Source: an uncultured candidate division WWE3 bacterium (GTDB lineage: Bacteria > Patescibacteriota > WWE3 > UBA101185 > UBA10185). Taken from it: a stretch of 64,000 nucleotides of DNA. Position numbers and translations under genes: made by a program. Positions 1 through 9,073 of this stretch are shown one piece after another. How positions within the stretch are numbered: the first letter of the stretch is position 1; each line of letters begins with the position of its first letter. The notes under the pieces are model-generated. The model was not told where the DNA came from, ran no database searches, and was given only the letters and a program-made list of their open reading frames with translations. The stretch is from assembly GCA_938004185.1 (NCBI GenBank), contig CALKWN010000065.1, positions 90,371 to 154,370 on the forward strand. Reading direction: 5' to 3'.

Positions 1-12
1 AAGATTATAGAC

Positions 13-255
13 ATGGGAAAAAAAGAAGTACTTCTCCGCTCTATCGATACTAGGGAAGAAAAAACTTACATTTTCGATTGTTCTCCCGATAGGGTTTTTT
101 CTTACAAAAATCTTAATTTTGAGTTTGTTTCTTCAGGTTTTATGTTTATCGAAGCGTTGAAGCCGGGTAATACTGTAATAACAAAATGTGCTAATGAGGA
201 ATGTAGCGTGTTAGGCCCGGACTGTATTATCAGAATTGAGTATAAGGGAAGATAG
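13..255 (+). CDS. hypothetical small protein (80 aa)
   Basis: ORF from the six-frame track. It ends 2 nt before the next gene. No recognisable motifs. Confidence 0.3.
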   Translation: MGKKEVLLRSIDTREEKTYIFDCSPDRVFSYKNLNFEFVSSGFMFIEALKPGNTVITKCANEECSVLGPDCIIRIEYKGR

Positions 256-257
256 TT

Positions 258-2432
258 ATGGAAAGTCGATCTACACATACCGTAGTTTTAAGAAAATTTT
301 TATTGAATCTTTTTATTTTTGCTTTTGTCTATTTTTTTGCAGGATTTTTTGGTAAGGACACCATTGCAGCAACGTGTGCACCAGGTGAGTGTGGGGATTG
401 GTGGGCATGCCAGGGAGGGACATTTTGTTGTAATCAGGTCCCGGGTGTGGAGGCTTGTCCCAGTTATTACTGTGAGCACTATTTAAACGCTTGTTGGTAT
501 TTACTACCAAGTGGCGATGGGGTCTGTAAGACTAAAGTTGCAGGTGTGTGTCCCGGAGCGTCATCCGGAAGTTCTCTCGATGTTGGCGGGCGGGAATGTT
601 ACGCATGTGCAGGTATTCCGCCGTGTACCGAAACTTCACCCGATGCAACAACGCTAACATCACCTGCCAATAACTCTGTTTTTTACGACAGGTCTAACAT
701 CACATTTACGTGGAGTGCTATAAGCGATTGGGGGGAGAATTGTGGTTCCAATAACACGAAAAACTACAAACTGTACGTTAAAAGGAATTCCGGGAGCTTT
801 GTTTTGATTACTACAACAACAGGCACGTCTTATACTTACACGCTTCCTATAGAAAACGCTACTTATCAATGGTACGTAAAAACCGACAACGGGGCAAAAA
901 GTTCGGACTCAAGCACGTTTACATTTACAAACTACATGTTTATGAATTTGACTTTACGGGTGCAGGAAGTTTCCTGGTTAACGAATTCCTGCCCCTCCGC
1001 GGATATTTACAGGCCCCTTGCCAATGTATCAGTAACTGTAGTTGTGAGAAGAAGCACGGGTGAGGTAATTAACCATACTGGAAAAACCGACGCAAACGGC
1101 ATTTTGGTTATTCCGGTCAGATACTCTACGACAAGTCCTCCGGTCCTAGATATATGTTTGCAGTACTCCGAAGCTATGTGCCAAGTTTATAATTTGAAAT
1201 GTCGGGATAATGTTTTGCTGGCAGGCGGGCAAAATTGTGCAAGCGTAACGCAGCTGGCAAACACTACTACTCAAAATGTTAATTTTCAGATGTCAAAAGT
1301 GAAGAAGGATTCATGGATCGCTGTTGTTGATAGCGATGGGCTCGCTTCAGAATATTCCAGTTTGGGTCCGTGTACTGCCGAGCAGGTTTTAGGAGGTTTT
1401 TACGGGGCAATGCTGAACATCAATAAACTTCCTGCAAACAGTAACATTTACGCAATATCTTTGCTGGATCAGTTTTTTCCGACGGATGTAGTTGAGGGCT
1501 CGGGCGGCGGATACGCAAAAAATATAGGTGAGTTGGAAACAGTTCAGGAAGATTTGAAGTTCGAAGCTCCGGAAACTGCCAAAACGTTAAACACAATTAG
1601 CGGTTTTATTAAGCCCGGAATATATAGCATGACTGCGGCCGCTTTTAATAGTAGCCCGAATGATTATTTCTTTACCCCGATGGGTTGTGTATACGGACCT
1701 GCCGCGCATACGTGCTCACCGGATGATTCTTATTGTTTCGATCCGTCCAATCCACCGACTTACTGCCGTCCGTGGTGCGAGACTATGGTTGTTTTCAAAT
1801 GTGACCCTACGGATATTTGTTACAGCAAAGATGCCCCGGGAGGTTGTGATCCGTATTGTGTTAATTGGCCTGCGTGCGGATCTATGTCTCTTGCGTACAC
1901 AGGGGATAACGCACCCAGAGCAGCGGTAGTATATGTTGAAGGCACTCCTGCAGACGAACTTGTAATTGATGATTCTATAAGGGCTCTCGATATTCCCGAC
2001 GCATCGACAGCTCCCGGAAATCTTATCTTCATCACACGCGCAAAAATAAGAATAGCATCCAATCTGTCAGCTCCGTTGGCAGGATACGGTATAGGTAGTC
2101 CTTCTCAAATCAATGCTGTCTTAATTTCTTCTACAGGTATAACGGTTGATTCCCAATATACTCCGGCAACTCCCGACAATCCCATAATTTTTGACGGAGC
2201 TCTTATCAGTACTAAAGCCGGATCAGCAACAGACAAAGGTTTGGAACTTCTTCGCGATCTCGGAATAAATAACAACACTTACCCCGCCACGGTAGTTAGA
2301 TACCCGTTAAACCTGCTAAAACAAATAAACGGGCTTATCAAGCTGTATTCCGAGTACGGAATAGACACAGGTTTGGAAAATTATGATATCGAATTTGATT
2401 ACTCCCCTTCCGGAGAGATAGGTGTTCAATAA
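258..2432 (+). CDS. Large secreted Cys-rich protein with an FN3-like domain. Candidate pilus-associated adhesin.
   Basis: 724 aa. N-terminal hydrophobic signal/anchor (FLLNLFIFAFVYFFAGFF). Two Cys-dense regions (CAPGECGDWWACQGGTFCC..., CSPDDSYCFDPSNPPTYCRPWCETMVVFKCDPTDICY...). An FN3-like segment (ITFTWSAIS...YKLYVKRNSG...YQWYVKT). First gene of the pilus locus. Confidence 0.55.
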   Translation: MESRSTHTVVLRKFLLNLFIFAFVYFFAGFFGKDTIAATCAPGECGDWWACQGGTFCCNQVPGVEACPSYYCEHYLNACWYLLPSGDGVCKTKVAGVCPGASSGSSLDVGGRECYACAGIPPCTETSPDATTLTSPANNSVFYDRSNITFTWSAISDWGENCGSNNTKNYKLYVKRNSGSFVLITTTTGTSYTYTLPIENATYQWYVKTDNGAKSSDSSTFTFTNYMFMNLTLRVQEVSWLTNSCPSADIYRPLANVSVTVVVRRSTGEVINHTGKTDANGILVIPVRYSTTSPPVLDICLQYSEAMCQVYNLKCRDNVLLAGGQNCASVTQLANTTTQNVNFQMSKVKKDSWIAVVDSDGLASEYSSLGPCTAEQVLGGFYGAMLNINKLPANSNIYAISLLDQFFPTDVVEGSGGGYAKNIGELETVQEDLKFEAPETAKTLNTISGFIKPGIYSMTAAAFNSSPNDYFFTPMGCVYGPAAHTCSPDDSYCFDPSNPPTYCRPWCETMVVFKCDPTDICYSKDAPGGCDPYCVNWPACGSMSLAYTGDNAPRAAVVYVEGTPADELVIDDSIRALDIPDASTAPGNLIFITRAKIRIASNLSAPLAGYGIGSPSQINAVLISSTGITVDSQYTPATPDNPIIFDGALISTKAGSATDKGLELLRDLGINNNTYPATVVRYPLNLLKQINGLIKLYSEYGIDTGLENYDIEFDYSPSGEIGVQ

Positions 2433-2434
2433 TT

Positions 2435-3316
2435 ATGTCAGGACAGTTTAAAAATATTTTAAAAAATAAAGGTCAGGCGCTACTATTTGTGTTAGTTGCC
2501 CTAACCATAGCAATAACACTGGGAGTTGCTGTAAGCACCAGAACTTTGCAAATGTCCTCAAGAGTTTCAAGAACCGATACATCGGCGCGTGTTTTTGCCG
2601 CAGCTGAGGGGGGATTAGAAATGCTATTGGTGCAAAAATCAAAGTTTTTAAACGACCTGTCTGCCGGAAATGCGGATTGTACTTCGGTCGGTCTCGAGGC
2701 CATTGCAGGAGACAACACTAGGTGCTTATTAAGGTACGAAAAAGCTTCGGGGGATAAAATCGAATCGGTTGCCGTATTAAGTGCAAAAGTATTCAGACAC
2801 ACCGATATTTTGGGCGGAACACCTTACTACGGTTTTACCTTAGCTCCAAACGAAACCAAAAATATTGAACTAACAGGCATGAATTCTATAAGGTTGTGCT
2901 GGGAAAATCCTGACACGGCTGTAGAGTACGTAGTTTACGGAGACACCGTAGTTAGAAATTTTTTGAAGGCCGCCGGATCTGTATCTTTCAGTTCCGATAT
3001 TTCTTCAACGGGTTTTACCGAGCTAAGTTCCCACGCAATAATTGAAGGATATCCCCTACCCTACTGTTCCAACATAAATGTATCGGGAGCATCCGGCATG
3101 AGAGTAAAAAGCATATTTAAGGGTACGAGAGCTGCGATAGTTCCTTTAAATCCGACATCACTGCCTCCCCAGGGTTTCCGTTTATATTCCAGAGGAGAAT
3201 TAAGCCAGGAGGGGGATATTAAGACAACCAAAGCTATAGTTGCTCACAGATCGTACAACAGCGCCCCGTCCTTTTTTGATTATGCAATCTACTCTTACAA
3301 CACCGTACCCAGATAA
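2435..3316 (+). CDS. PilX N-terminal domain-like pilus assembly/minor pilin protein
   Basis: N-terminus GQALLFVLVALTIAITLGVAVSTRTLQMSSRVSRTDTSARVFAAAEGGLE resembles the PilX_N hydrophobic helix plus AEaGle motif. C-terminal motif IAPSFFDYAIYSY is shared with the paralog at 6576..7415. Confidence 0.5.
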   Translation: MSGQFKNILKNKGQALLFVLVALTIAITLGVAVSTRTLQMSSRVSRTDTSARVFAAAEGGLEMLLVQKSKFLNDLSAGNADCTSVGLEAIAGDNTRCLLRYEKASGDKIESVAVLSAKVFRHTDILGGTPYYGFTLAPNETKNIELTGMNSIRLCWENPDTAVEYVVYGDTVVRNFLKAAGSVSFSSDISSTGFTELSSHAIIEGYPLPYCSNINVSGASGMRVKSIFKGTRAAIVPLNPTSLPPQGFRLYSRGELSQEGDIKTTKAIVAHRSYNSAPSFFDYAIYSYNTVPR

Positions 3317-3352
3317 ATTTGTAAGGACAATTTGAGGAAAGTCGGGAATTTA

Positions 3353-3382
3353 TTGACTTATTAATAGAAAAAAGACTATTAT
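3353..3382 (+). promoter_or_regulatory. candidate sigma70-like promoter of the major pilin gene
   Basis: TTGACT (3353-3358), 18-nt spacer, TATTAT (3377-3382). Lies in an AT-rich 146-bp intergenic region. A strong SD (AAGGAGGGGGG) precedes the ATG at 3463. Confidence 0.35.
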
Positions 3383-3462
3383 TTAATGGTACATATTATG
3401 CTGCCTATTTATAAAGAAATTTTTGAAAAAATTTTCAATTTAAGGAGGGGGGTGAGAAGCAG

Positions 3463-3882
3463 ATGAACGAATTAAAGAAGAAACTTAGCTCTGCTTCCGG
3501 TTTTACACTCATCGAGCTTTTGTTGGTTATTGTTATCATCGGTATTTTGTCGGGTATTGTTATCGCAGTTATTAACCCGGCTCAGACCAGACTTAGAGCT
3601 AACGAGACCATATTGAAAGGTAATACCGATAAGGTTTGCTATGCCATGTTTTCATGTGCTACATCGAGAACCGCTCCTCTTACAATGTGTAATACACCAG
3701 CAGGTGTCGAAATTGCATTACCCAACGGTGCTCCGACAGGATCAACCTACAATGTTACTGAGGCGGCTGGCGTTTTAACCGGTACTGGAACATTGGGCGC
3801 ATGTACTTATACATGTACTTACACAGTTTCCACGGGTGTAGCGGTCCAGGCTACAGCGGGCGCAGGTTGTCAGACTCTATAA
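3463..3882 (+). CDS. type IV (major) pilin with class III prepilin signal
   Basis: N-terminus MNELKKKLSSASG|FTLIELLLVIVIIGILSGIVIAVINP: prepilin peptidase site with G-1, F+1, E+5. Cys-rich C-terminus (GACTYTCTYT...AGCQTL). Strong RBS, own promoter, and a terminator downstream. Confidence 0.85.
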   Translation: MNELKKKLSSASGFTLIELLLVIVIIGILSGIVIAVINPAQTRLRANETILKGNTDKVCYAMFSCATSRTAPLTMCNTPAGVEIALPNGAPTGSTYNVTEAAGVLTGTGTLGACTYTCTYTVSTGVAVQATAGAGCQTL

Positions 3883-3895
3883 TTTTTTGATTGTT

Positions 3896-3930
3896 AAAGC
3901 CCCGCGCGCTATGGGCGGGGCTTTGGGTTT
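3896..3930 (+). terminator. intrinsic terminator/attenuator after the major pilin gene
   Basis: GC stem GCCCCGC (3899-3905) pairs with GCGGGGC (3915-3921). It is followed by TTTGGGTTT. Confidence 0.5.
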
Positions 3931-3938
3931 ACGAGCAA

Positions 3939-4463
3939 ATGTCCAAATTCACTAAACGTTTAAATTTCAAGGAACTGGGTTCAGGATTCACTCTGATAGA
4001 GCTGATGATAGCTATGGGGGTAATATCCATTTTAAGTGGGATAATTATTACTGTCATAAACCCCGCAGCATTACGAGCTCGTGGCAGGGATGCACAAAGA
4101 GTTGCGGATCTTAAGAAACTACAAACCGCTCTTGAGCTTTATTATTCAGATAACAGAGCTTATCCCGTGCAAGCCACGTTGGCACCTATAGCTACTCCTC
4201 TTGCAGTGTTAATTCCAAATTACTATAGCGGGACAACATCATCGGATCTTCCTAGAGATCCTAGTTTCACTGGGGGTTATAGCTGTTCCGGGAGTTTTGG
4301 GTACCAATACGCAGGAAGTGTCGGGCTTTATGTGTTAGTGTCTGACATGGAAACTTCTGTTAGTGTTTCTGATTATACTCCATGCAGCAATGTTTCGAAC
4401 TGTAGTACTTTTGGTTGCAGCACATGCGCAAATTTTTGCCATGCCGTACAAAACCCACTTTAA
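3939..4463 (+). CDS. prepilin-type pilin/pseudopilin
   Basis: MSKFTKRLNFKELGSG|FTLIELMIAMGVISILSGIIITVINP. The start was moved to the ATG at 3939; the track's upstream start at 3891 overlaps the terminator hairpin. Confidence 0.7.
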   Translation: MSKFTKRLNFKELGSGFTLIELMIAMGVISILSGIIITVINPAALRARGRDAQRVADLKKLQTALELYYSDNRAYPVQATLAPIATPLAVLIPNYYSGTTSSDLPRDPSFTGGYSCSGSFGYQYAGSVGLYVLVSDMETSVSVSDYTPCSNVSNCSTFGCSTCANFCHAVQNPL

Positions 4464-4950
4464 AAACTGTTTGTTTCTATCCTCTGGTTTAACTCTAATT
4501 GAGTTAGTAATTGTTGTAGCTTTAATATCAATAATGACCGGAATAAGCTATTCATTAATTTCTTCCTCGGTTACTAAACCAGAGGCACGTGACAATAGGA
4601 GAATGTCTGATATTTCGAATTTAGATAGAGCAATAAATGAGTATAGATTGGATAGAGGAGCGTATCCTGGCGAGGCCGGCGTAATATATGGTAGTAATAC
4701 CCTTCCTGTAGGATCTACGGCCATTTACAATGCAAATATGGGCTGGATAAAAGCCGATTTAGCGGAATATTTGGCGAAGAGCCCAATCGATCCCACAAAC
4801 GATGTATCCTATCATTATGAATACACACACAATGTTTCCGGTTATGAGATAAGTTCACGTTTGGAAAGTCTTTTCGATGACTCAAACTCTGACGGTGGAA
4901 ATAATTCGGAAAAGTATGAGTTAGGTAATAATCTTTCGCTCATACCTTAG
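4441..4950 (+). CDS. prepilin-like minor pilin
   Basis: MPYKTHFKNCLFLSSG|LTLIELVIVVALISIMTG. The internal Met was chosen as start; the track ORF began at 4363. Confidence 0.55.
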   Translation: MPYKTHFKNCLFLSSGLTLIELVIVVALISIMTGISYSLISSSVTKPEARDNRRMSDISNLDRAINEYRLDRGAYPGEAGVIYGSNTLPVGSTAIYNANMGWIKADLAEYLAKSPIDPTNDVSYHYEYTHNVSGYEISSRLESLFDDSNSDGGNNSEKYELGNNLSLIP

Positions 4951-4971
4951 TTGTTGTGCTACTATTTATGT

Positions 4972-5535
4972 ATGAAACTGCCCTGTTCCGTCTGTGCATA
5001 TAAAAAAGGTTTCACTTTGATAGAGTTGTTGTTGGTTATTGCAATTATCGCTACTGTTTCAGGTTTAGCAATTCCTACTTTCTCAAGATACACAAAAGAT
5101 CAAAGTTTAAAACAAGCTCAAGAAGTTTTGAAAAGCGAGTTGAGAAGTGTACAAAATAAGGCTTTAGTAGGAACGGGATCAGATAGTATGGATGCTTCGG
5201 GATCAAGAGCAATTGTAGCTTGGGGGGTATATACAAATCACGGTAGTGACGTGAGTGTGGTTGCGAATACAAAGTACAGGGTTTTTATGAGTTCTTATAC
5301 ATCTACAGGAAGCACGGGATGCACCGATGTTACTAGGCAAGCAGATATTCAAGTACTTGATTTGCCTCCAAATATAACCTTCACTAATACATCCTGCATA
5401 ATTTTCAGAATGGAAGACGGTAATGTTTCAAATATTTCTGAATCTTCTTCTATCGATGTAAATCTGGCCGGTCCGGGAGGCTCCACGAAGACGGTGAGGA
5501 TAACACACCCCGGTCTTATAAGGAGTTATAACTAG
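4972..5535 (+). CDS. prepilin-type pilin
   Basis: MKLPCSVCAYKKG|FTLIELLLVIAIIATVSGLAIP. The start was moved to the Met at 4972. Confidence 0.65.
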   Translation: MKLPCSVCAYKKGFTLIELLLVIAIIATVSGLAIPTFSRYTKDQSLKQAQEVLKSELRSVQNKALVGTGSDSMDASGSRAIVAWGVYTNHGSDVSVVANTKYRVFMSSYTSTGSTGCTDVTRQADIQVLDLPPNITFTNTSCIIFRMEDGNVSNISESSSIDVNLAGPGGSTKTVRITHPGLIRSYN

Positions 5536-6002
5536 TGCTCTTAAGTAAAATTTTTAAAAACAGAAAAGGTATGGGTTTGGTAGAAGTCATTGCGGCGCTC
5601 GGTATATCCGTAGTAGTAATAACTTCCCTGCTTTCTCTTACACTGTTTTCACTTAGAACTTCACTTACCAGCTCGCTGCTTATGGAAGGAACAAAAGCTG
5701 CGAATGTCGAAACCGAATTGATAAGGGCTTACAGGGACAGTATTGATTGGGACACTTTTTCGGGGGAGTTTTTATCTTGTACTGACAGCAGTGTGGGGTG
5801 TCATATAGATAAGACATCTTTAAAAGTTACTACGGGATACGAAAGCTTTGTATCGTCAGGAGTCACTGTAACTACAGGATTTTACGTTACCGACAGTGAC
5901 ACTAATATAATTCATGTTACTGTAAAGTCGAGTTGGGATATCGGCGGACAGACAAAAAACACTTATGTATACACCGATTTTACTAATTGGCAGAAAAAAT
6001 GA
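5535..6002 (+). CDS. prepilin-like minor pilin (PilV/PilW-like)
   Basis: GTG start. KNRKG|MGLVEVIAALGISVVVITSLL has G-1 and E+5 followed by a hydrophobic helix. Confidence 0.5.
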   Translation: MLLSKIFKNRKGMGLVEVIAALGISVVVITSLLSLTLFSLRTSLTSSLLMEGTKAANVETELIRAYRDSIDWDTFSGEFLSCTDSSVGCHIDKTSLKVTTGYESFVSSGVTVTTGFYVTDSDTNIIHVTVKSSWDIGGQTKNTYVYTDFTNWQKK

Positions 6003-6574
6003 ACCTAACAAGTATAAAATCAAAAAATAATAAAGGTTTCACTTTGGTGGAACTACTTGTGGTTGTTGCGCTACTTGGTATCTCGCTGGGCGTCACGAGC
6101 GATATCTTAATATCCCTGGTTCGAAGTTACGGAAAAACTCAAGTAAAAAATGAGCTCGAGCAGCAGGCCAGTTTTATCGGATTAAAATTGGAGAAAGAGA
6201 TAAGAAACGCAAATTATGTGGATTCTTACCCCGCCAATACTTTATCGGTAAACAGAATAGAGATAACTAAAAAAGACGGTACTGTAGTAATGTATAGAGT
6301 ACAGGACAATGTTTTATCTGTTTGTTATTCCAGCTGCGGTACGGGAACAAACTGGCGAGCAGTAAACTTTTACGAAACAACCAACACCAAAGGTGCCGTA
6401 AGAGTAGAATGCATTCCCGGTGAGAATAGTGGTTATTGCTTCGGTGTTTCTCAAACAAATCCGCAGGTAATATCGATGTATATAAACATTAGCCCCGCAG
6501 TTAACCCCGGTTCCACAACCTACAGCGGTAGCATACCCATAAGAAACGCCATAACCGTAAGAAACTACAACTAA
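5987..6574 (+). CDS. prepilin-type pilin
   Basis: SKNNKG|FTLVELLVVVALLGISLGV. Confidence 0.65.
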   Translation: MAEKMNLTSIKSKNNKGFTLVELLVVVALLGISLGVTSDILISLVRSYGKTQVKNELEQQASFIGLKLEKEIRNANYVDSYPANTLSVNRIEITKKDGTVVMYRVQDNVLSVCYSSCGTGTNWRAVNFYETTNTKGAVRVECIPGENSGYCFGVSQTNPQVISMYINISPAVNPGSTTYSGSIPIRNAITVRNYN

Positions 6575-6575
6575 A

Positions 6576-7415
6576 ATGAGAAGCATAAGTACTCAAAAAA
6601 ATCGCAACTGCCTGAAAAATAATAGCGGTCAAACGCTGGTAGTGATCGTATTTTTACTTCTATTTTCAACCATGGTCGGTATAACCATTTCAACAAGATT
6701 TGTAAACACACTAAGAGGTTTTGTCAGGACGGACGACAGCGTAAAAGCCTTAAAAGCTGCTGAAGCAATAATAGAACGTATGCTCATAACACCGAATTCA
6801 GTGCTGGAAGGTTACATAGCGGCCGGAAACTGCGACGGAAACTGCCTTTACAGTGTTACGGAGCCTAACGGCAACATTGTCAGTGCTGATGTAACCTTAA
6901 AATATTCGGGAGACACCGACGGCCCGTATACCATTTATATTCAACCCGGTGAGGCAGGCCAGGTAAATATGACCGGGTACGGCACAGGAAAAGTCGTGGA
7001 TATTTGCTGGCACGGTTCTGCTTCGGTTTATGCTGCCTATGCATACGAAGAAAGTGGTGAGACAAAAATCGCTTCTTATGCGGTAAACTCCGTAGCCTCT
7101 CCCTATAACGACAACGGTTTTGATACAGCTGCGGCAAACTATGGTTACCCCAACTGTTTCCCCGTATCTACAACCGGCACGCCCAAATACATAAGACTAA
7201 GAACTTATTACGAGTCCGCTTATGTCACTTCCCTACCCACTCCGGGAGAAACTATTCCGAGACAGGGAATTATACTGGACGCACACGGATATTCCGGGGA
7301 TTCGGTTAAAAACGTGGTTGTCCTTAAAACAGATGCTATTGCCCCAAGTTTTTTTGATTACGCAATTCTGCAAACGAGTACAACTTCCCCGCTAACCAAT
7401 AGTTATAGCCCATAA
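6576..7415 (+). CDS. PilX N-terminal domain-like protein (paralog of 2435..3316)
   Basis: NNSGQTLVVIVFLLLFSTMVGITISTRF...AAEAIIE. C-terminal IAPSFFDYAILQT motif shared with 2435..3316. Confidence 0.5.
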   Translation: MRSISTQKNRNCLKNNSGQTLVVIVFLLLFSTMVGITISTRFVNTLRGFVRTDDSVKALKAAEAIIERMLITPNSVLEGYIAAGNCDGNCLYSVTEPNGNIVSADVTLKYSGDTDGPYTIYIQPGEAGQVNMTGYGTGKVVDICWHGSASVYAAYAYEESGETKIASYAVNSVASPYNDNGFDTAAANYGYPNCFPVSTTGTPKYIRLRTYYESAYVTSLPTPGETIPRQGIILDAHGYSGDSVKNVVVLKTDAIAPSFFDYAILQTSTTSPLTNSYSP

Positions 7416-7465
7416 TTTGTATAAACAGTCTTGTCTATGATGTTAAAGGATAGTAAAATCTTTAT

Positions 7466-8497
7466 ATGCCCATTGTAGGTTTAAATTTCGGTAGAAGTAC
7501 TTTCCGAGCCGTAGAATTGGATAAGAGAAAAGATATCATTACGGTTGCGAATATAGGTACTTACGAAAACCCCAAAGTTAACTTTTTTTCCGATAAAAAA
7601 GAGGACATGGATGTTATTGCCGACCATGTGGGCGAATTTTTTAAAGAAATGGGTTTCGGAACCTCCCATGTAGTAATAGGCTTGGATGAAAGCCAGATTT
7701 TTATGCGTATAATCAAGGTTCCCGCCATGAGCGACAAAGAATTAAGAAGCGCCGTAAGATACGAGGCTGAGCAGTATATTCCCCTTCCCTTAGATCAGAT
7801 AAACCTTTCATATCAAAGATTAGACCCGGACTTAAACGAAAAAGACAAAGTTAATGTTCAGGTTGTTGCCGCCAAAAAAGATGTTCTTGAAAGGTATGTG
7901 ACGATAGCGAAAAAGGCAAAACTCGTACCCTATGCCATTGAGCCCGAAACTATTGCGCTGGGAAGAGTGTTGGGAGATTCCAAGACAGCTCCTCTAGGCA
8001 CAATAATCATGGATATGGGTTTTTCAGGATCGATCCTAGTTGTTACTTACGGCGGATTTGTAAGATTTACAAGAAGCATACCGATCGGAGGAGACATTAT
8101 TACCAAAGCTATTCAGCAGGAGCTTAATCTTGATGTACAGCAGGCGGAAGAATACAAAAAGATCTACGGTATGGATCCAATGCAGGTTGAATCAAAAATA
8201 TTCAACGTAATTAAGCCTGTGGTAGATAACCTTATTTTGGAAATTAAACGTGCAACTGTCTTCTTCACAAAGCACAACAGCTCTGCTAGCATTAAGAGGT
8301 TAATACTAACAGGAGGAACTGCCCTAATGCCTGAACTCTTAACTTATATTGCTAAAAACGTTGATTTTGAAGTGCAGCTGGCCAACCCCTTGGCAAACTT
8401 CCAGTTTTCCTCCAAAATTGAGTCAAAGAGAAAGGATCTTACACTAGACGGGCCTATGTATTCTACGGCCGTCGGTTTGGCCTTGAGGGAAATATAA
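7466..8497 (+). CDS. pilM: type IV pilus assembly ATPase-fold protein PilM
   Basis: 343 aa. N-terminus IVGLNFGRSTFRAVEL and an actin-like fold arrangement. Located directly upstream of pilN/pilO-like genes. Confidence 0.8.
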   Translation: MPIVGLNFGRSTFRAVELDKRKDIITVANIGTYENPKVNFFSDKKEDMDVIADHVGEFFKEMGFGTSHVVIGLDESQIFMRIIKVPAMSDKELRSAVRYEAEQYIPLPLDQINLSYQRLDPDLNEKDKVNVQVVAAKKDVLERYVTIAKKAKLVPYAIEPETIALGRVLGDSKTAPLGTIIMDMGFSGSILVVTYGGFVRFTRSIPIGGDIITKAIQQELNLDVQQAEEYKKIYGMDPMQVESKIFNVIKPVVDNLILEIKRATVFFTKHNSSASIKRLILTGGTALMPELLTYIAKNVDFEVQLANPLANFQFSSKIESKRKDLTLDGPMYSTAVGLALREI

Positions 8498-9073
8498 ATG
8501 GAAAATATTAATCTAATTCCGCAGGAAGAGGTTCAGCTTCAACAGAAGGGCAAAGCTGTTAAAGGTACCAGCGTTCTTTTTATACTCCTTACCGTGATTG
8601 CGATAGGTTTGTCAGGCTACCTGTATTACAAAACATCCGATCTTAAACAAAAAACCAACGATGTTAATTCCCAAATAGATGCACAGAGAGCGAAAATTAA
8701 GTCCATGTCCTCTACCGAAATTCTTCTCAGAAACCTCGATAAAAAATATAACTCTATATCAGGCATGATTGATGGGAGAAACCATTATTCTAGACTGTTA
8801 TCAGAACTCAAAGTAAGACAGCCGCAGGGAATTTCAATTGAATCGGTTGAAGTAAAGGACGGAGTTGTTAATTACACGGGCGACGCCGAAAACTATTTAT
8901 TGATCGCTCAATTTGTAAACAGTTTGTTAAACAAGGATTTTCCTGGCGGCGACCCTGAACTTAAAGATCTTTTTTCAGAAGTTAAACTTAACTCCGTATC
9001 TTTAGATCAAAATAAAACAGAGGTAAGGTTTTTTATAGTGATAGTTTACGATTCATCGAAGTTAAAAATATGA
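8498..9073 (+). CDS. pilN: type IV pilus assembly protein PilN
   Basis: N-terminal INLIP motif, then a single TM helix (VLFILLTVIAIGLSGYLYY), then a coiled-coil region. Start abuts the pilM stop. Confidence 0.7.
   Translation: MENINLIPQEEVQLQQKGKAVKGTSVLFILLTVIAIGLSGYLYYKTSDLKQKTNDVNSQIDAQRAKIKSMSSTEILLRNLDKKYNSISGMIDGRNHYSRLLSELKVRQPQGISIESVEVKDGVVNYTGDAENYLLIAQFVNSLLNKDFPGGDPELKDLFSEVKLNSVSLDQNKTEVRFFIVIVYDSSKLKI

Noticed and set aside
3326-3345. gaggaaagtcgggaa resembling the RNase P RNA P4 motif (GAGGAAAGUCCGGGC)
   Set aside because: It is an isolated partial match inside a 146-bp promoter region. There is no room or complementary strand for an RNase P RNA.
3891-3938. Upstream ATG start for the second pilin (MLKPRALWAGLWVYEQ...)
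   Set aside because: This extension is encoded by the GC-rich terminator hairpin itself. The Met at 3939 gives a normal short prepilin leader.
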